Origin: Flavobacteriales bacterium
GTDB lineage: Bacteria; Bacteroidota; Bacteroidia; NS11-12g; UBA9320
Length of the DNA: 64,000 nt
Assembly: GCA_020635355.1 (NCBI GenBank)
Contig: JACJZW010000001.1
Coordinates: 256,428 to 320,427 of the forward strand
Reading direction: 5' to 3'
The position numbers and the translations under genes are program-made. Positions 37,067 to 46,796 of the stretch are shown in pieces (position 1 is the stretch's first letter; every line of letters starts with the position of its first letter). A model generated the notes under the pieces. The model was not told the origin of the DNA and made no database searches. It was given only the letters and a program-made list of their open reading frames with translations.

Positions 37067-39484
37067 TTAAAACTTCCTGTTATACCCCAGACGGATGGCT
37101 TGGGTCTCATAGTAATCCGTGCTCTTGTAGGTAAATCCTTTACCGTGAATCGTGGTCCGGATTTTCAGTGTATTGAACAGGTCTGTTGCGTTCAGAACAA
37201 ATTCTCCAAGCCCTTTTTGAACGGACTTTTTAACACCAATATTCATGGAAAACCGGGATGCAATGGAGCCTTGAGGCAAAATATCAGGCGCTAACCAAAT
37301 CGCCGTTAATTGTGCTTCCGTGGTTGACGACATCGAGATATTCGAATTGAGTTTTACGTTCCCCGAGTACACCGTTTGCTTTCCTTCCGAAAAGGATGCG
37401 GAAACCGGATATTGGTTGGTCACCGTATACGCATCTATGGTATTGTAGTAACCATTCATGTTCAAATTGAATTTTAGCCGCTTGGAGGCATCGTGTTGCA
37501 GGGAAACCTCCACACCCGAGTTGGAACTTTTACCAATGTTCTGTGATACATTGTAAATCAGATTAGAGGCGTCCATGGTTGTGGCAATGCGTGTGATGGT
37601 TCCGTTGGACATACTTCGATATACCGCCGCATACACATATCCTTTGGGAAGATCTGATTTGAATCCAAGTTCTACCTTGTTGGTAAACTGAGGTTTTAAA
37701 GCCGGATTACCAACCTTGATGATTCCGGCATCATCGTATTTTGGGAAGATCCGAATATTTACCTCATCGGGTCGGTCTACCCTCCGGTTGTAGAAGGCAG
37801 AAAGTCGTTTTCCCTTACTTAACTTATATGTTAAACGTGCATTCGGAAAGGGCTGAAAGTAGGAATAGCCGTCACTTTGATACGTGTTGTGACCCGGTTC
37901 CACCAGGTAATCCAATTGAACATATTCCAATCGAAGACCGGCTTCTGCCTGAATCCTTTTGGACTCGTAGATGTATGTCCCGTAAACCGACGGAATCCAC
38001 TCAGCGTACGTTGCGCGTCCATCAGCTCCGGTGTCCAGCACCGAAAAGCTATCCGAGGGATAAGAAACCATATTGGTGGGAATGGTTCGCCTTCTAAATT
38101 TCAATCCAGATTCCACCACACCCTGTTTAACGGGACGGATATAATCCACCTTTAAATCCAGAACCTTCTGATCGGCTATGAGCGCAAATGATTCCTTGGT
38201 GGTTCTGCCAGATTGCTGATTATCAAAAAAATACTTCTCATTTTCCCGATCAAAGGTATGGTTCGCAGAAGCCGTTATTTTTCGTCCGGGCTGATCAAAA
38301 CGGTGCTCATAGGAAACAGATCCCATGGTGGCGGTGACTAATTCATCTTCCAGAAACTGCCACAAACGCGTTTGTTCGAGGGTGGTTCCATTCAAGAATG
38401 GCTGATCGCCACGATCCTTGATGGACTCTTGTCCAAAAGTTCCGAACACCGTAAGCGTATTTTTTTCATTGATGAAGAAATCCAAACCGGCACGTGTTGT
38501 TAGAAAATTAGTGTTCCGGTTGCGTTTTAACTGCTGTTGAATGGACGTGCCATCAGCATACGATCTCGTCACAAATTCATTCTTATTCAAGGTCTGGCTG
38601 TACAGATTGTCTGCCTGAAAAAACAGGTTAACCTTCTTTTTCCGATAATTCAGTGATATGCTCGGATTGACCTTTGGTGTTTGTTGGTATTGTGGTCGTA
38701 TGCCCGGATAATTTGGCTTGCGCACCCAAAGAGCCCCCACACCTGCCGATAATCCAATCTTTCCGTTAAATCCTTCCTTCACCTCTTTTTTTAGGATGAT
38801 GTTGATGATACCGGCGTTTCCGTTTGCATCGTATTTAGCCGATGGATTGTTAATAATCTCAATGCGTTCCACCGCTGAAGCCGGTAAATTCTCCAATCCC
38901 TTTTGGCCACCTATCCCGGTAATGGCGGTTTGCTTCCCATCTACCAGCACCACAACCTGACTGTTGCCTCTAAGCTGAATTTGCCCGTTTTGTGTGGTAA
39001 CGCCTGGTAAATTGCTGATGGATTGAAGGACACTCCCGTTTTGCTGACTAAGGTTGTCGGTTACGGCATACGATTTTTTATCCAGTGCCGTTCCGATTTC
39101 CGTTTTTTGAGCAGTCACCACGGCTACGCCCAAAACCTGTTGATCTGATTGAAGAGGAATGATCCCCAAGTCAATGTTTCTGGAAACAGAGCCCACATAC
39201 ACCTTCAATACGGATGAATGATAACCCAAATAGGAACAAGACAGCACGTATTCACCGGGTTCAATTCCCGCTAATATGAACACACCCTTGTCGTTAGAAA
39301 TGGTCCCGGAAACAAAGGAAGAATCAGCCAGTAGTTTAAGCTGTACAGTTGAATAGGCCAACTCCACACCGGCCGTACTATCAACTACCTGTCCTGAAAG
39401 ATCAATGTGGTTGTGTTGGGCGTGTACAGGATTGAAGCCTGCAAAAAGAATCCATAGCAGGAATGACCATTTAATCTTTTTCAT
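37067..39484 (-). CDS. TonB-dependent outer-membrane receptor (CarbopepD_reg + plug + barrel)
   Basis: 805 aa. Signal peptide MKKIKWSFLLWILFAGFNPVHAQ. N-terminal DSTAGVELAYSTVQL... domain. C-terminal ...RLGYNRKF. Confidence 0.75.
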   Translation of the reverse strand: MKKIKWSFLLWILFAGFNPVHAQHNHIDLSGQVVDSTAGVELAYSTVQLKLLADSSFVSGTISNDKGVFILAGIEPGEYVLSCSYLGYHSSVLKVYVGSVSRNIDLGIIPLQSDQQVLGVAVVTAQKTEIGTALDKKSYAVTDNLSQQNGSVLQSISNLPGVTTQNGQIQLRGNSQVVVLVDGKQTAITGIGGQKGLENLPASAVERIEIINNPSAKYDANGNAGIINIILKKEVKEGFNGKIGLSAGVGALWVRKPNYPGIRPQYQQTPKVNPSISLNYRKKKVNLFFQADNLYSQTLNKNEFVTRSYADGTSIQQQLKRNRNTNFLTTRAGLDFFINEKNTLTVFGTFGQESIKDRGDQPFLNGTTLEQTRLWQFLEDELVTATMGSVSYEHRFDQPGRKITASANHTFDRENEKYFFDNQQSGRTTKESFALIADQKVLDLKVDYIRPVKQGVVESGLKFRRRTIPTNMVSYPSDSFSVLDTGADGRATYAEWIPSVYGTYIYESKRIQAEAGLRLEYVQLDYLVEPGHNTYQSDGYSYFQPFPNARLTYKLSKGKRLSAFYNRRVDRPDEVNIRIFPKYDDAGIIKVGNPALKPQFTNKVELGFKSDLPKGYVYAAVYRSMSNGTITRIATTMDASNLIYNVSQNIGKSSNSGVEVSLQHDASKRLKFNLNMNGYYNTIDAYTVTNQYPVSASFSEGKQTVYSGNVKLNSNISMSSTTEAQLTAIWLAPDILPQGSIASRFSMNIGVKKSVQKGLGEFVLNATDLFNTLKIRTTIHGKGFTYKSTDYYETQAIRLGYNRKF

Positions 39485-39920
39485 CTTCCAGCTCTTTGCT
39501 GCTCAGATTACCTTGTGAATCAATGATGACTTCAATGAGTTTTTCAGCCTTTTCGATATCAATCTCATATGATTTACCCTCGGGTGTTTCAACCAGTTCG
39601 GCCCCTTCCACCTCAAAATCCATGAACTGCTGTTTAAGAAGCGAAGAAATGTCTGAGGGCAATTCATCTTCGGACAACTGGCGTTCAGTTTCCAACCAGG
39701 TTCCGTCTTCTTTAAAATTGGATGAGTATTTACTTCCCCCCAACACAAATTCGGCCTCCCACACACCCTCTTCTTCCACTTCCCATTCTACTTTTTCAGC
39801 CCCTGGAAATTTGGCATTGAATGCTTCGATTGCCGCGTTTGGAACATGGGAACTTTCGTGTGTTTTGGAACACGATGTCATCCATAAACTGAGCAAAATG
39901 ATGATTGATAGTTGTTTCAT
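39471..39920 (-). CDS. PepSY-like (beta-lactamase-inhibitor-like) periplasmic lipoprotein
   Basis: About 150 aa with lipoprotein signal MKQLSIIILLSLWMTSC and two PepSY-like repeats (VEWEVEEEGVWEAEF... and YEIDIEKAEKLIEVIIDSQG). Its 3' end overlaps the TBDR start by 14 nt. Confidence 0.55.
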   Translation of the reverse strand: MKQLSIIILLSLWMTSCSKTHESSHVPNAAIEAFNAKFPGAEKVEWEVEEEGVWEAEFVLGGSKYSSNFKEDGTWLETERQLSEDELPSDISSLLKQQFMDFEVEGAELVETPEGKSYEIDIEKAEKLIEVIIDSQGNLSSKELEDEKD

Positions 39921-39971
39921 GATGTACATATTGGGCTCAAAGGAAGAACCTGATTTAGAAGAAATTTGGAA

Positions 39972-41264
39972 TTACGAGAACTGCACTTCAAAGCAATGCA
40001 AGCCGTGATTAAACGCATAATCTACCGTCCACCCATGTTGCACCACCACTTCTTTAACTATAGCTAACCCAAGCCCACTACTTACATTCTCGTTTGATGA
40101 AGATGCAAAACGCGTAAATAAGTATTCCTTTCTGAGCTCAACTTTTCCAGGGTTCATTACCATCAAGTAATCATTACTGATTTCGATAAAAAGATCGGAG
40201 CCTTTTTCGGAATGACGGATGGCATTAGACACCAAATTCTGAATCAACGTTTCGTACAAAAAGCGATTACATCGAAGCAAATCAGTTCGATTATTGGTGA
40301 ATGAAACCTTCATTGAATCATTCTGCAAAAAATCCTCAAAAAGCTCCAGTGTATCAGTAATCACATCCGCGGCATTTACCCCTTCTCTTTCCCGGAATTG
40401 TGCGTTTTCCAATCTTGAAAGCAATAACAGATTTTTATTGATTCTTGTGAGACGTGACATGGGCGATTCCAGTGCGGTTACCATCTCCTGAATAGTTGGT
40501 TCGAACTGCTGTTGTGACAGTAAATCTATTTTAGACCTTAGAATAGCGATGGGTGTTTGAAGTTCGTGTGATGCATTCTCAACAAACGTTCGTTGCTGTT
40601 GAAACGATTTCAGATTGCGCTTCATCAAATCCTGAACCGATTCATTTAATTCTTCAAACTCCTGAATATCTGATGTTGTTAGGGCGATTGGTTCATTTTG
40701 GGTGATATCAAATGAGCGAAGAGCCGATAGTGTTTCATAGAACGGCTGAAACGTCCTGCTATAAACCCGTTTACTCAGCCAAATCATGCCAAGAATCAAC
40801 AGGGCAAAAAAGACGGAGGTAACCACCGTAACCGCCAGGAAAGTCTCATGTGTGTCTTCCATATTCGTTTCAACAGAGAGCTGATATCGAGACTTTTCCA
40901 ATTCCATGTAGCTTAGTAGCCCTCGGAATTTTTCTTCTTCTTTACTACCTGAAATAAACAGTTCTCTGGAAACGGAATAGTGTGAGTCCGATTTCAAATC
41001 ACCACCATAGGGTATGACACGAACACCGGGATTCAATGCACCCAACATCCGATTCCAGTTGGTCATTTCTTCCGAGGTGGGTTGGCTCTCTATCAGTGCC
41101 TTACGCGTATTTTCAAGTACCAGTTGATTGTGTTCATCCAATTCGTGGATCCAAATGGCGTTGATCAGGAACACATAAGCTGGAATACTGATCACCAAGA
41201 CCAACATCGCATATCGGATAAACACCCAAAGGGGCTTCGTATGTAGTGGTTTTAGTGTTCCCAT
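39972..41264 (-). CDS. Sensor histidine kinase (two TM helices, periplasmic sensor, HisKA + HATPase)
   Basis: 430 aa with H-box ASHELQTPIAIL, N/G-box motifs (LVSNAIRHS, SSGLGLAIV) and TM helices at about 15-35 and 145-165. Confidence 0.8.
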   Translation of the reverse strand: MGTLKPLHTKPLWVFIRYAMLVLVISIPAYVFLINAIWIHELDEHNQLVLENTRKALIESQPTSEEMTNWNRMLGALNPGVRVIPYGGDLKSDSHYSVSRELFISGSKEEEKFRGLLSYMELEKSRYQLSVETNMEDTHETFLAVTVVTSVFFALLILGMIWLSKRVYSRTFQPFYETLSALRSFDITQNEPIALTTSDIQEFEELNESVQDLMKRNLKSFQQQRTFVENASHELQTPIAILRSKIDLLSQQQFEPTIQEMVTALESPMSRLTRINKNLLLLSRLENAQFREREGVNAADVITDTLELFEDFLQNDSMKVSFTNNRTDLLRCNRFLYETLIQNLVSNAIRHSEKGSDLFIEISNDYLMVMNPGKVELRKEYLFTRFASSSNENVSSGLGLAIVKEVVVQHGWTVDYAFNHGLHCFEVQFS

Positions 41265-41926
41265 CGATACCCGGTTCCGTATATTGTTTTGATGTAATCG
41301 CCGTAGTGCATTTCACGAAGTTTTCGCTTCAGATTTTTCACATGCGCGTACACAAAATCGTGGTTGTCAAACATGTCGGCCAAATCCCCTGATAAATATT
41401 CCGCGAGCGCGCCTTTGGACAGCACCCGATTCTGATTACTAAGGAACAAGAGCAGCAGATCAAACTCTTTACGGGTTAAAACCACCTCTTCGCCCTGAAC
41501 CCAAACCATGCGGGCATGCAGGTCTACCTCAACTTCTTCAAATCGCAATACATCGTTACCATCGAATTGTTTGCGTCTGATGACTGATTCAATTCGAGCA
41601 GCCAATTCTGCCTGGTGAAAGGGTTTAGCCAAATAATCATCGGCCCCCAACCTCAAACCGGATATTTTATCGTCCAATGAATCTTTTGCCGAAATGATGA
41701 TGACCCCGGCTTTTTTATTCCCAGACTTAAGTTCTCTTAAAATGGAGAGCCCATCGCCTCCGGGAAGCATTAAATCAAGTAGAATACAATCATAATCGTA
41801 TGTTCCCACTTTTTCGATGGCTTCATCATAGGTCGCAGCGCGCTCACATACATAGCGTTCGCGTGACAAATAGCTGGAAATCACCTCTGCCAGTTCTGAT
41901 TCGTCCTCGATGATCAGAATTTTCAT
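41252..41926 (-). CDS. OmpR-family DNA-binding response regulator
   Basis: 224 aa with a receiver domain (MKILIIEDE..., DCILLDLMLPGGDG) and a winged-helix C-terminal domain. Overlaps the kinase gene by 13 nt. Confidence 0.85.
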   Translation of the reverse strand: MKILIIEDESELAEVISSYLSRERYVCERAATYDEAIEKVGTYDYDCILLDLMLPGGDGLSILRELKSGNKKAGVIIISAKDSLDDKISGLRLGADDYLAKPFHQAELAARIESVIRRKQFDGNDVLRFEEVEVDLHARMVWVQGEEVVLTRKEFDLLLLFLSNQNRVLSKGALAEYLSGDLADMFDNHDFVYAHVKNLKRKLREMHYGDYIKTIYGTGYRWEH

Positions 41927-42012
41927 ACAGCAAAGGAACAGGCAGAATTGGAAGAAATTTGGAAGTTGGTCACAACATCACAGACTTTATGACAATTGTA
42001 ACCCAATCCTTT

Positions 42013-42891
42013 CTACCGTATAGTATCACTCTCCAACGTGGAGCTGAGAAAAACTCCCAGGCCACCGGCCACATTCGAGTGAACAATTACCGCACTTCCA
42101 AACGGACCATTGCTTTGCTGATCCTGGTTATCCCGGTATTGTTGCAGCGTGGTTTGATACTTGTAGTAATCCTCGGTAATGGAACGAAGCTCCACCAGGT
42201 ATTTGATATCCGGATTTCCAGCGGTGATGCCGGATGGCGGAACAACCTTGAACTCCTTGGTAGAACCATTAAATAAACGATCGTCAAACAAATAACCACC
42301 ATCGTTTAGCTTAACGGTATTGGGCGACCGAAGGGTTTCGTCCGTTAATTCAAACTCAAACGGAATGAATAAATCAGCACTGCTGCTGTAATAGTAAAAG
42401 TGGGCGATGTAGTAGTTCAATCCGGGTGCGTCCGTGAATTTCAAAAACACCAGATCGGCTTTATTCCCGTCCATGTCTATCCCCCCGTTTTCAATGTAAC
42501 CGGCCGATTTACCTTGCACTTTGGTTGGAATCTGGCAGTAAGCCGAAGCGGTTCGATAATTTTCGCGCGCCGCAATCAGTGTGAATTGTTGACCCACCTT
42601 TGGAATTACCGCACTTTGAAAGGTTTTGGTGGAGGAATTATAGGTCAATGGAATATCCTGATCGCCCGAGGTCAGGATTAATTCAACATCGGAAATGATC
42701 TCCGGAAATCCTGATTCATACGCCCAGACCGAATTGGAAACTTCCACTTCGATGGGATTTTGATTGTCTATGGACGCGTTCAAAACGATCTTGTCCACGA
42801 AGTCAGGAAGTTCACTATCCGGAATTTCGGAGGTTCTGCATCCACCCAACAGAATGGCTGAAAGCGAAAGGAATGTCAGTTGCTTTTTCAT
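42013..42891 (-). CDS. DUF4249-like lipoprotein (partner of TonB-dependent receptor)
   Basis: 292 aa with lipoprotein signal MKKQLTFLSLSAILLGGC. Immediately downstream of, and co-directional with, the TBDR at 42903-45218. Family assignment from memory of this conserved pairing. Confidence 0.5.
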   Translation of the reverse strand: MKKQLTFLSLSAILLGGCRTSEIPDSELPDFVDKIVLNASIDNQNPIEVEVSNSVWAYESGFPEIISDVELILTSGDQDIPLTYNSSTKTFQSAVIPKVGQQFTLIAARENYRTASAYCQIPTKVQGKSAGYIENGGIDMDGNKADLVFLKFTDAPGLNYYIAHFYYYSSSADLFIPFEFELTDETLRSPNTVKLNDGGYLFDDRLFNGSTKEFKVVPPSGITAGNPDIKYLVELRSITEDYYKYQTTLQQYRDNQDQQSNGPFGSAVIVHSNVAGGLGVFLSSTLESDTIR

Positions 42892-42902
42892 AATGTTTCG
42901 GG

Positions 42903-45218
42903 TTAGATGGTAAGTTTATACGAGATGGATGGCATGAACAAGAACATTGATTCCCGTTGGGCGATGTATTTCTCCCCCGGTTGTTCCCTGTCCAGCTCGG
43001 TGTAAATAGACGATGTATTCTCATTGCCGCTGATGTTGTAGATGGTGAGTTCCACACACTGGTTAAAATCACTGTATCCACCCCAGAAATACTGCAATTT
43101 GGTGTCAACCCTGAAATACGTTTTAGCGCGATAGTTATTGATCTCGTCATAGGACAATACCACGCGTCCTTCCAGATCCCGATACTTTGCATTTGGCAGG
43201 GTATACGGATTTCCTGAGGCCGCCACCACGTTTACTGAAAACACCCATTGATCAAAGGAGCTAATCATATTGGCCTTTAGTACGTGTCTGCGATCAAAAT
43301 CATACGCAAACTTCTCGCCGCGATTCAGTTGATCAAACGTTCGGTTGGCGATGGCATAATTATAGGAGAACTGCGCCGTGAGGGCTTTGTCGGAATACCG
43401 CATCATGGTTTCAATGCCGTATCCATCTCCTTTTCCTACGAGGGCATTTCGCTCGTAATTAGGATCGTCAAAGTATTGAATGGAGTAAAACAGTAATTGA
43501 TTACCCAGGGTTTTGTAATAGGCATCGGCTTGAAACTGCCAATTATTTTTCACGTTCCGCACATACCCCAGGGAGAACTGGTTGGAATTTTCCGGTTTCA
43601 ATACTTTGTCGGCTGGTATCCACACAATGATATCCGCGGTTGATCCACCGTTGTTATACAAATGGAGGAACTGGTTCATTCGTGTAAAGCCAAACTTAAA
43701 GGATGAGATGGAGTCGATCCGATATCGGGCAGAAAAGCGCGGCTCGGGATAGATTCCAAACAGGTCTCCCCCGGCGTAAACGGCTGCACGTAAACCTGCG
43801 TTGATACGAAGGTTTTGACCGTAGTTGTATTCGTCTTCCACATACAGTGCACTTTCCACCGTGCTTTGAAACGAAGAACTTCCGGCGATTTCAGAGGATA
43901 GTAAGCGATGAATGCTGTCATACCGACTCTCCTCCAGTTGTCCGGGTAAAAAATTATGGAGTGTATTCTGGGCTCCAAACCGGATCAGGTGTTTTTCATT
44001 CCGGTTGTAATCGAAATCAGCATTAAGGATGTAGTCCCGCATTTTAAACGCCACACTGGTTTCAATGCGATGCGGATTACCCGGCTGAGGTGTTGGGTTT
44101 TTTTCGATCAGCGATTCGCTGTGTACGAAACCGGTATATCCAGCCGATACAGAGGAAAACAATCGGTTGTTGTAGGTGTGATTCCATCGGGCAATAGCCG
44201 TTTGGTTCTTCTCACTCAGGGAAAGCTCATAGGACGTGTTAAGTGTGGAATCATCAGAATCAAACGAAGCACCAATTCCATCATTGAGGGAATAGTACAT
44301 GAGTTGGAGGCGGTCACGGTCCGACAACTTTAAATCCATCTTGGAGTGGAAGTCACCAAATTTAATCTGATCCACCAAGCCCGGTAACAACACGTCGATG
44401 TAGGATCGTCGCCAATTGATCGACATCGAATTTCCTTTTTGATCCAACGGCAGCCCCAGCTGCAGATTTGCCAGAATGGGACTAACAGCCAGTGTTCCAT
44501 GAACATCGTTTTTGCTTCCTGAGGTGCTGGTAATATCCACTACACTGGAAACACGCCCACCATACCGGGCCGGGAACGCCCCTTTGTACAGCTGAATGTT
44601 ATTGACAATACCTGTATTGAAATTGGAAATGTAGCCCAGAAAGTGACCTTGGGAATAAATGGGTATTCCATCAATAGTCATCAGGTTTTGGCCCATGTTT
44701 CCACCTCGAACCAAAAGATCACTGGTTCCTTCCACACCAAAGTCAACCCCGGGAAACATTTGTAATCCTTTAACAACATCATTCTCGGAGAAGAGATAAG
44801 GGATTTGTTTCATGGTGCCCACCGAAACATCAATCTTACTGCTGATGGGATCAATGAGTAGCGATTCGTCCCGGGCCTGTTGTTCAAAGTCCGACAAGGT
44901 CCAGTCTGGGATGGATTTGATCATGGATACCAACTTGCTTTGATTTCCATCAACATCGGTTAATTGAATAGTTTGGGTGGTATAGCCCTGATACTGAACC
45001 ATCAATTCAACCACACCGGCGGGTACATTCAAACTGTAATAGCCATAGCGATTGGTGAATGTTTCATTTCCACGGGTAACGCAAACCACGCGTGCTCCAG
45101 CGATGGGTTCACCATTGATCTTATCCACCACATAGCCATCAACAGCTATGGCGTATTGAGCTCTGGACGCCAGTGGCATCATCAGGATCCCAATTAGAAT
45201 TGCGATTAAGTGTTTCAT
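42903..45218 (-). CDS. TonB-dependent outer-membrane receptor (CarbopepD_reg + plug + barrel)
   Basis: 771 aa. Signal peptide MKHLIAILIGILMMPLASRAQ. YVVDKINGEPIAGARVV...YGYYSL domain. C-terminal ...SISYKLTI. Confidence 0.75.
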   Translation of the reverse strand: MKHLIAILIGILMMPLASRAQYAIAVDGYVVDKINGEPIAGARVVCVTRGNETFTNRYGYYSLNVPAGVVELMVQYQGYTTQTIQLTDVDGNQSKLVSMIKSIPDWTLSDFEQQARDESLLIDPISSKIDVSVGTMKQIPYLFSENDVVKGLQMFPGVDFGVEGTSDLLVRGGNMGQNLMTIDGIPIYSQGHFLGYISNFNTGIVNNIQLYKGAFPARYGGRVSSVVDITSTSGSKNDVHGTLAVSPILANLQLGLPLDQKGNSMSINWRRSYIDVLLPGLVDQIKFGDFHSKMDLKLSDRDRLQLMYYSLNDGIGASFDSDDSTLNTSYELSLSEKNQTAIARWNHTYNNRLFSSVSAGYTGFVHSESLIEKNPTPQPGNPHRIETSVAFKMRDYILNADFDYNRNEKHLIRFGAQNTLHNFLPGQLEESRYDSIHRLLSSEIAGSSSFQSTVESALYVEDEYNYGQNLRINAGLRAAVYAGGDLFGIYPEPRFSARYRIDSISSFKFGFTRMNQFLHLYNNGGSTADIIVWIPADKVLKPENSNQFSLGYVRNVKNNWQFQADAYYKTLGNQLLFYSIQYFDDPNYERNALVGKGDGYGIETMMRYSDKALTAQFSYNYAIANRTFDQLNRGEKFAYDFDRRHVLKANMISSFDQWVFSVNVVAASGNPYTLPNAKYRDLEGRVVLSYDEINNYRAKTYFRVDTKLQYFWGGYSDFNQCVELTIYNISGNENTSSIYTELDREQPGEKYIAQRESMFLFMPSISYKLTI

Positions 45219-45322
45219 GTGTTGTACGCCAACAAAATTATTCCTCCTGCGTAACCCGCGATTGGAAGCGTTAAAAACTTTCCTTCATTTTACCAACGTC
45301 GGCCAAATCAGATCGGTTGGGA

Positions 45323-45366
45323 GAAAAAATATTTTTCTGTTTACTTATTCATCGTAATATTGCGAT
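45323..45366. promoter_or_regulatory. Two candidate operator dyads upstream of arsR
   Basis: AGAAAAA-ATA-TTTTTCT (45323-45339), a perfect 7-bp inverted repeat. ATCGTAATATTGCGAT (45351-45366) is an imperfect 16-bp palindrome ending 6 nt before the arsR ATG. Confidence 0.35.
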
Positions 45367-45372
45367 ATAATT

Positions 45373-45705
45373 ATGGGATTAACACGAACAGACCTGTTCA
45401 GCACCGAACAAAATCAGCTTGCCGCTTGGGCCAAGGTTCTTGGACATCCGGCGCGCATCGCCATTTTACAGCACCTTTTGGCGGCTAATTCCTGCATAAA
45501 CTCCGACCTGGTGGAGGAACTTGGTTTGGCGCAGGCCACCATCTCCCAGCACCTCAAGGAACTGCGGGATGCGGGTATCATTCAAGGATCCATTGAAGGA
45601 ACATCCATGAATTACTGTATTCATCCTAAAACCTGGCAAACCATTAAGCTGGTGTTCAATGACTTGTTCAACCAACATCCATGCTGTACCAACTGTGATT
45701 GTTAA
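45373..45705 (+). CDS. arsR: ArsR/SmtB-family metalloregulator
   Basis: 110 aa with HTH LGHPARIAILQHLLAANSCINSDLVEELGLAQATISQHLKELRDAGII and a candidate metal-binding Cys in NSCIN. Confidence 0.8.
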   Translation: MGLTRTDLFSTEQNQLAAWAKVLGHPARIAILQHLLAANSCINSDLVEELGLAQATISQHLKELRDAGIIQGSIEGTSMNYCIHPKTWQTIKLVFNDLFNQHPCCTNCDC

Positions 45706-45725
45706 CCCAACAAAAACGTAACACT

Positions 45726-46169
45726 ATGACTTTCAATCAATTTAAATCTCATCTCGAAAACCTTACCGACCTCAATATCACCTTGTTTGATGGCCGAAAC
45801 GTAGCACCTCATTTTCATCTGACTGAATTAGGAATTACGGAACGAACTACCGTGGACTGTGGTGGAACCCTGCGTTCCGAACGTCGGGTGGTTCTTCAAC
45901 TTTGGGAAGCCAATGATACAGCACACAGACTCTCCCCGCAAAAGCTGCTTACCATAGCCAACAAAATTCAACAACAACTCACGATTGGTGATGAAGAACT
46001 GGAGGTGGAATACCAAAATGAAACCATTGGCAGATATGCCATAACAGCCACTGCTTCAGGCTTTGAACTCGCACCCCTTCACACAGATTGTTTGGCCAGT
46101 GATGTATGTGGCGTCACCAAACCCGCCAAGGAAGAAGCATCCTGTTGCGGAGGAGGCGGTTGTTGTTAA
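45726..46169 (+). CDS. Conserved ars-operon protein of unknown function (DUF6428-like) with C-terminal poly-Cys tail
   Basis: About 147 aa from MTFNQFKSHLENLTDLNITLFDG.... The C-terminus is ...DVCGVTKPAKEEASCCGGGGCC. Located between arsR and arsC; family name from memory. Confidence 0.5.
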   Translation: MTFNQFKSHLENLTDLNITLFDGRNVAPHFHLTELGITERTTVDCGGTLRSERRVVLQLWEANDTAHRLSPQKLLTIANKIQQQLTIGDEELEVEYQNETIGRYAITATASGFELAPLHTDCLASDVCGVTKPAKEEASCCGGGGCC

Positions 46170-46178
46170 CCCTGCAAT

Positions 46179-46796
46179 ATGATTTACCCTAAACTTCTGT
46201 CGGCAATTGAGCGCCTGCTTAAATCCCAAGTGCCACATGATCGACAACTAGTATTAAATCACCTGCAGCAGGACATTCAAGGAGTATGCAACAGCGGTGA
46301 TATTCCTCAGCTGATTTTCATTTGCACACATAATTCAAGACGAAGTCAGTTTGCTCAGGTATGGGCCAGTGTGGCGGCACATCAGGCCGGTATTTCGTGT
46401 AACGTGTTTTCCGGTGGCACCGAAGTAACGCAGTGTCATCCTGCCGTGATCGAATCGTTGAAACGATCTGGTTTTGAAGTGGATTCAGACCTCTCCCCGA
46501 GCAATCCTAGGTATTCCGTTCAGTTTGATCCGGACGCGGCACCTGTTGAGTTATGGTCTAAGGTATATGACAACGAACAAAATCCACCTGATCATTTTAT
46601 TGCCGTAATGGTCTGTTCCGATGCCGATGCTCATTGTCCGATTATTCCGGGATGCGATCATCGCATCGTACTGACCTATGAGGACCCTAAACCATTTGAC
46701 CAAACTCCTGAAGAAGCGAACCAATACGATAACCGATCGGCTCAAATTGCCGCCGAATTCTTCTATCTGTTTTCCAATCTCAATCAACCTCAATGA
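46179..46796 (+). CDS. arsC: Arsenate reductase of the low-molecular-weight protein-tyrosine-phosphatase family (thioredoxin-coupled ArsC type)
   Basis: 205 aa with P-loop CX5R in LIFICTHNSRRSQ and additional downstream Cys (VMVCSDADAHCPIIPGC). About 45-aa N-terminal extension relative to minimal LMW-PTPs. Confidence 0.75.
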   Translation: MIYPKLLSAIERLLKSQVPHDRQLVLNHLQQDIQGVCNSGDIPQLIFICTHNSRRSQFAQVWASVAAHQAGISCNVFSGGTEVTQCHPAVIESLKRSGFEVDSDLSPSNPRYSVQFDPDAAPVELWSKVYDNEQNPPDHFIAVMVCSDADAHCPIIPGCDHRIVLTYEDPKPFDQTPEEANQYDNRSAQIAAEFFYLFSNLNQPQ

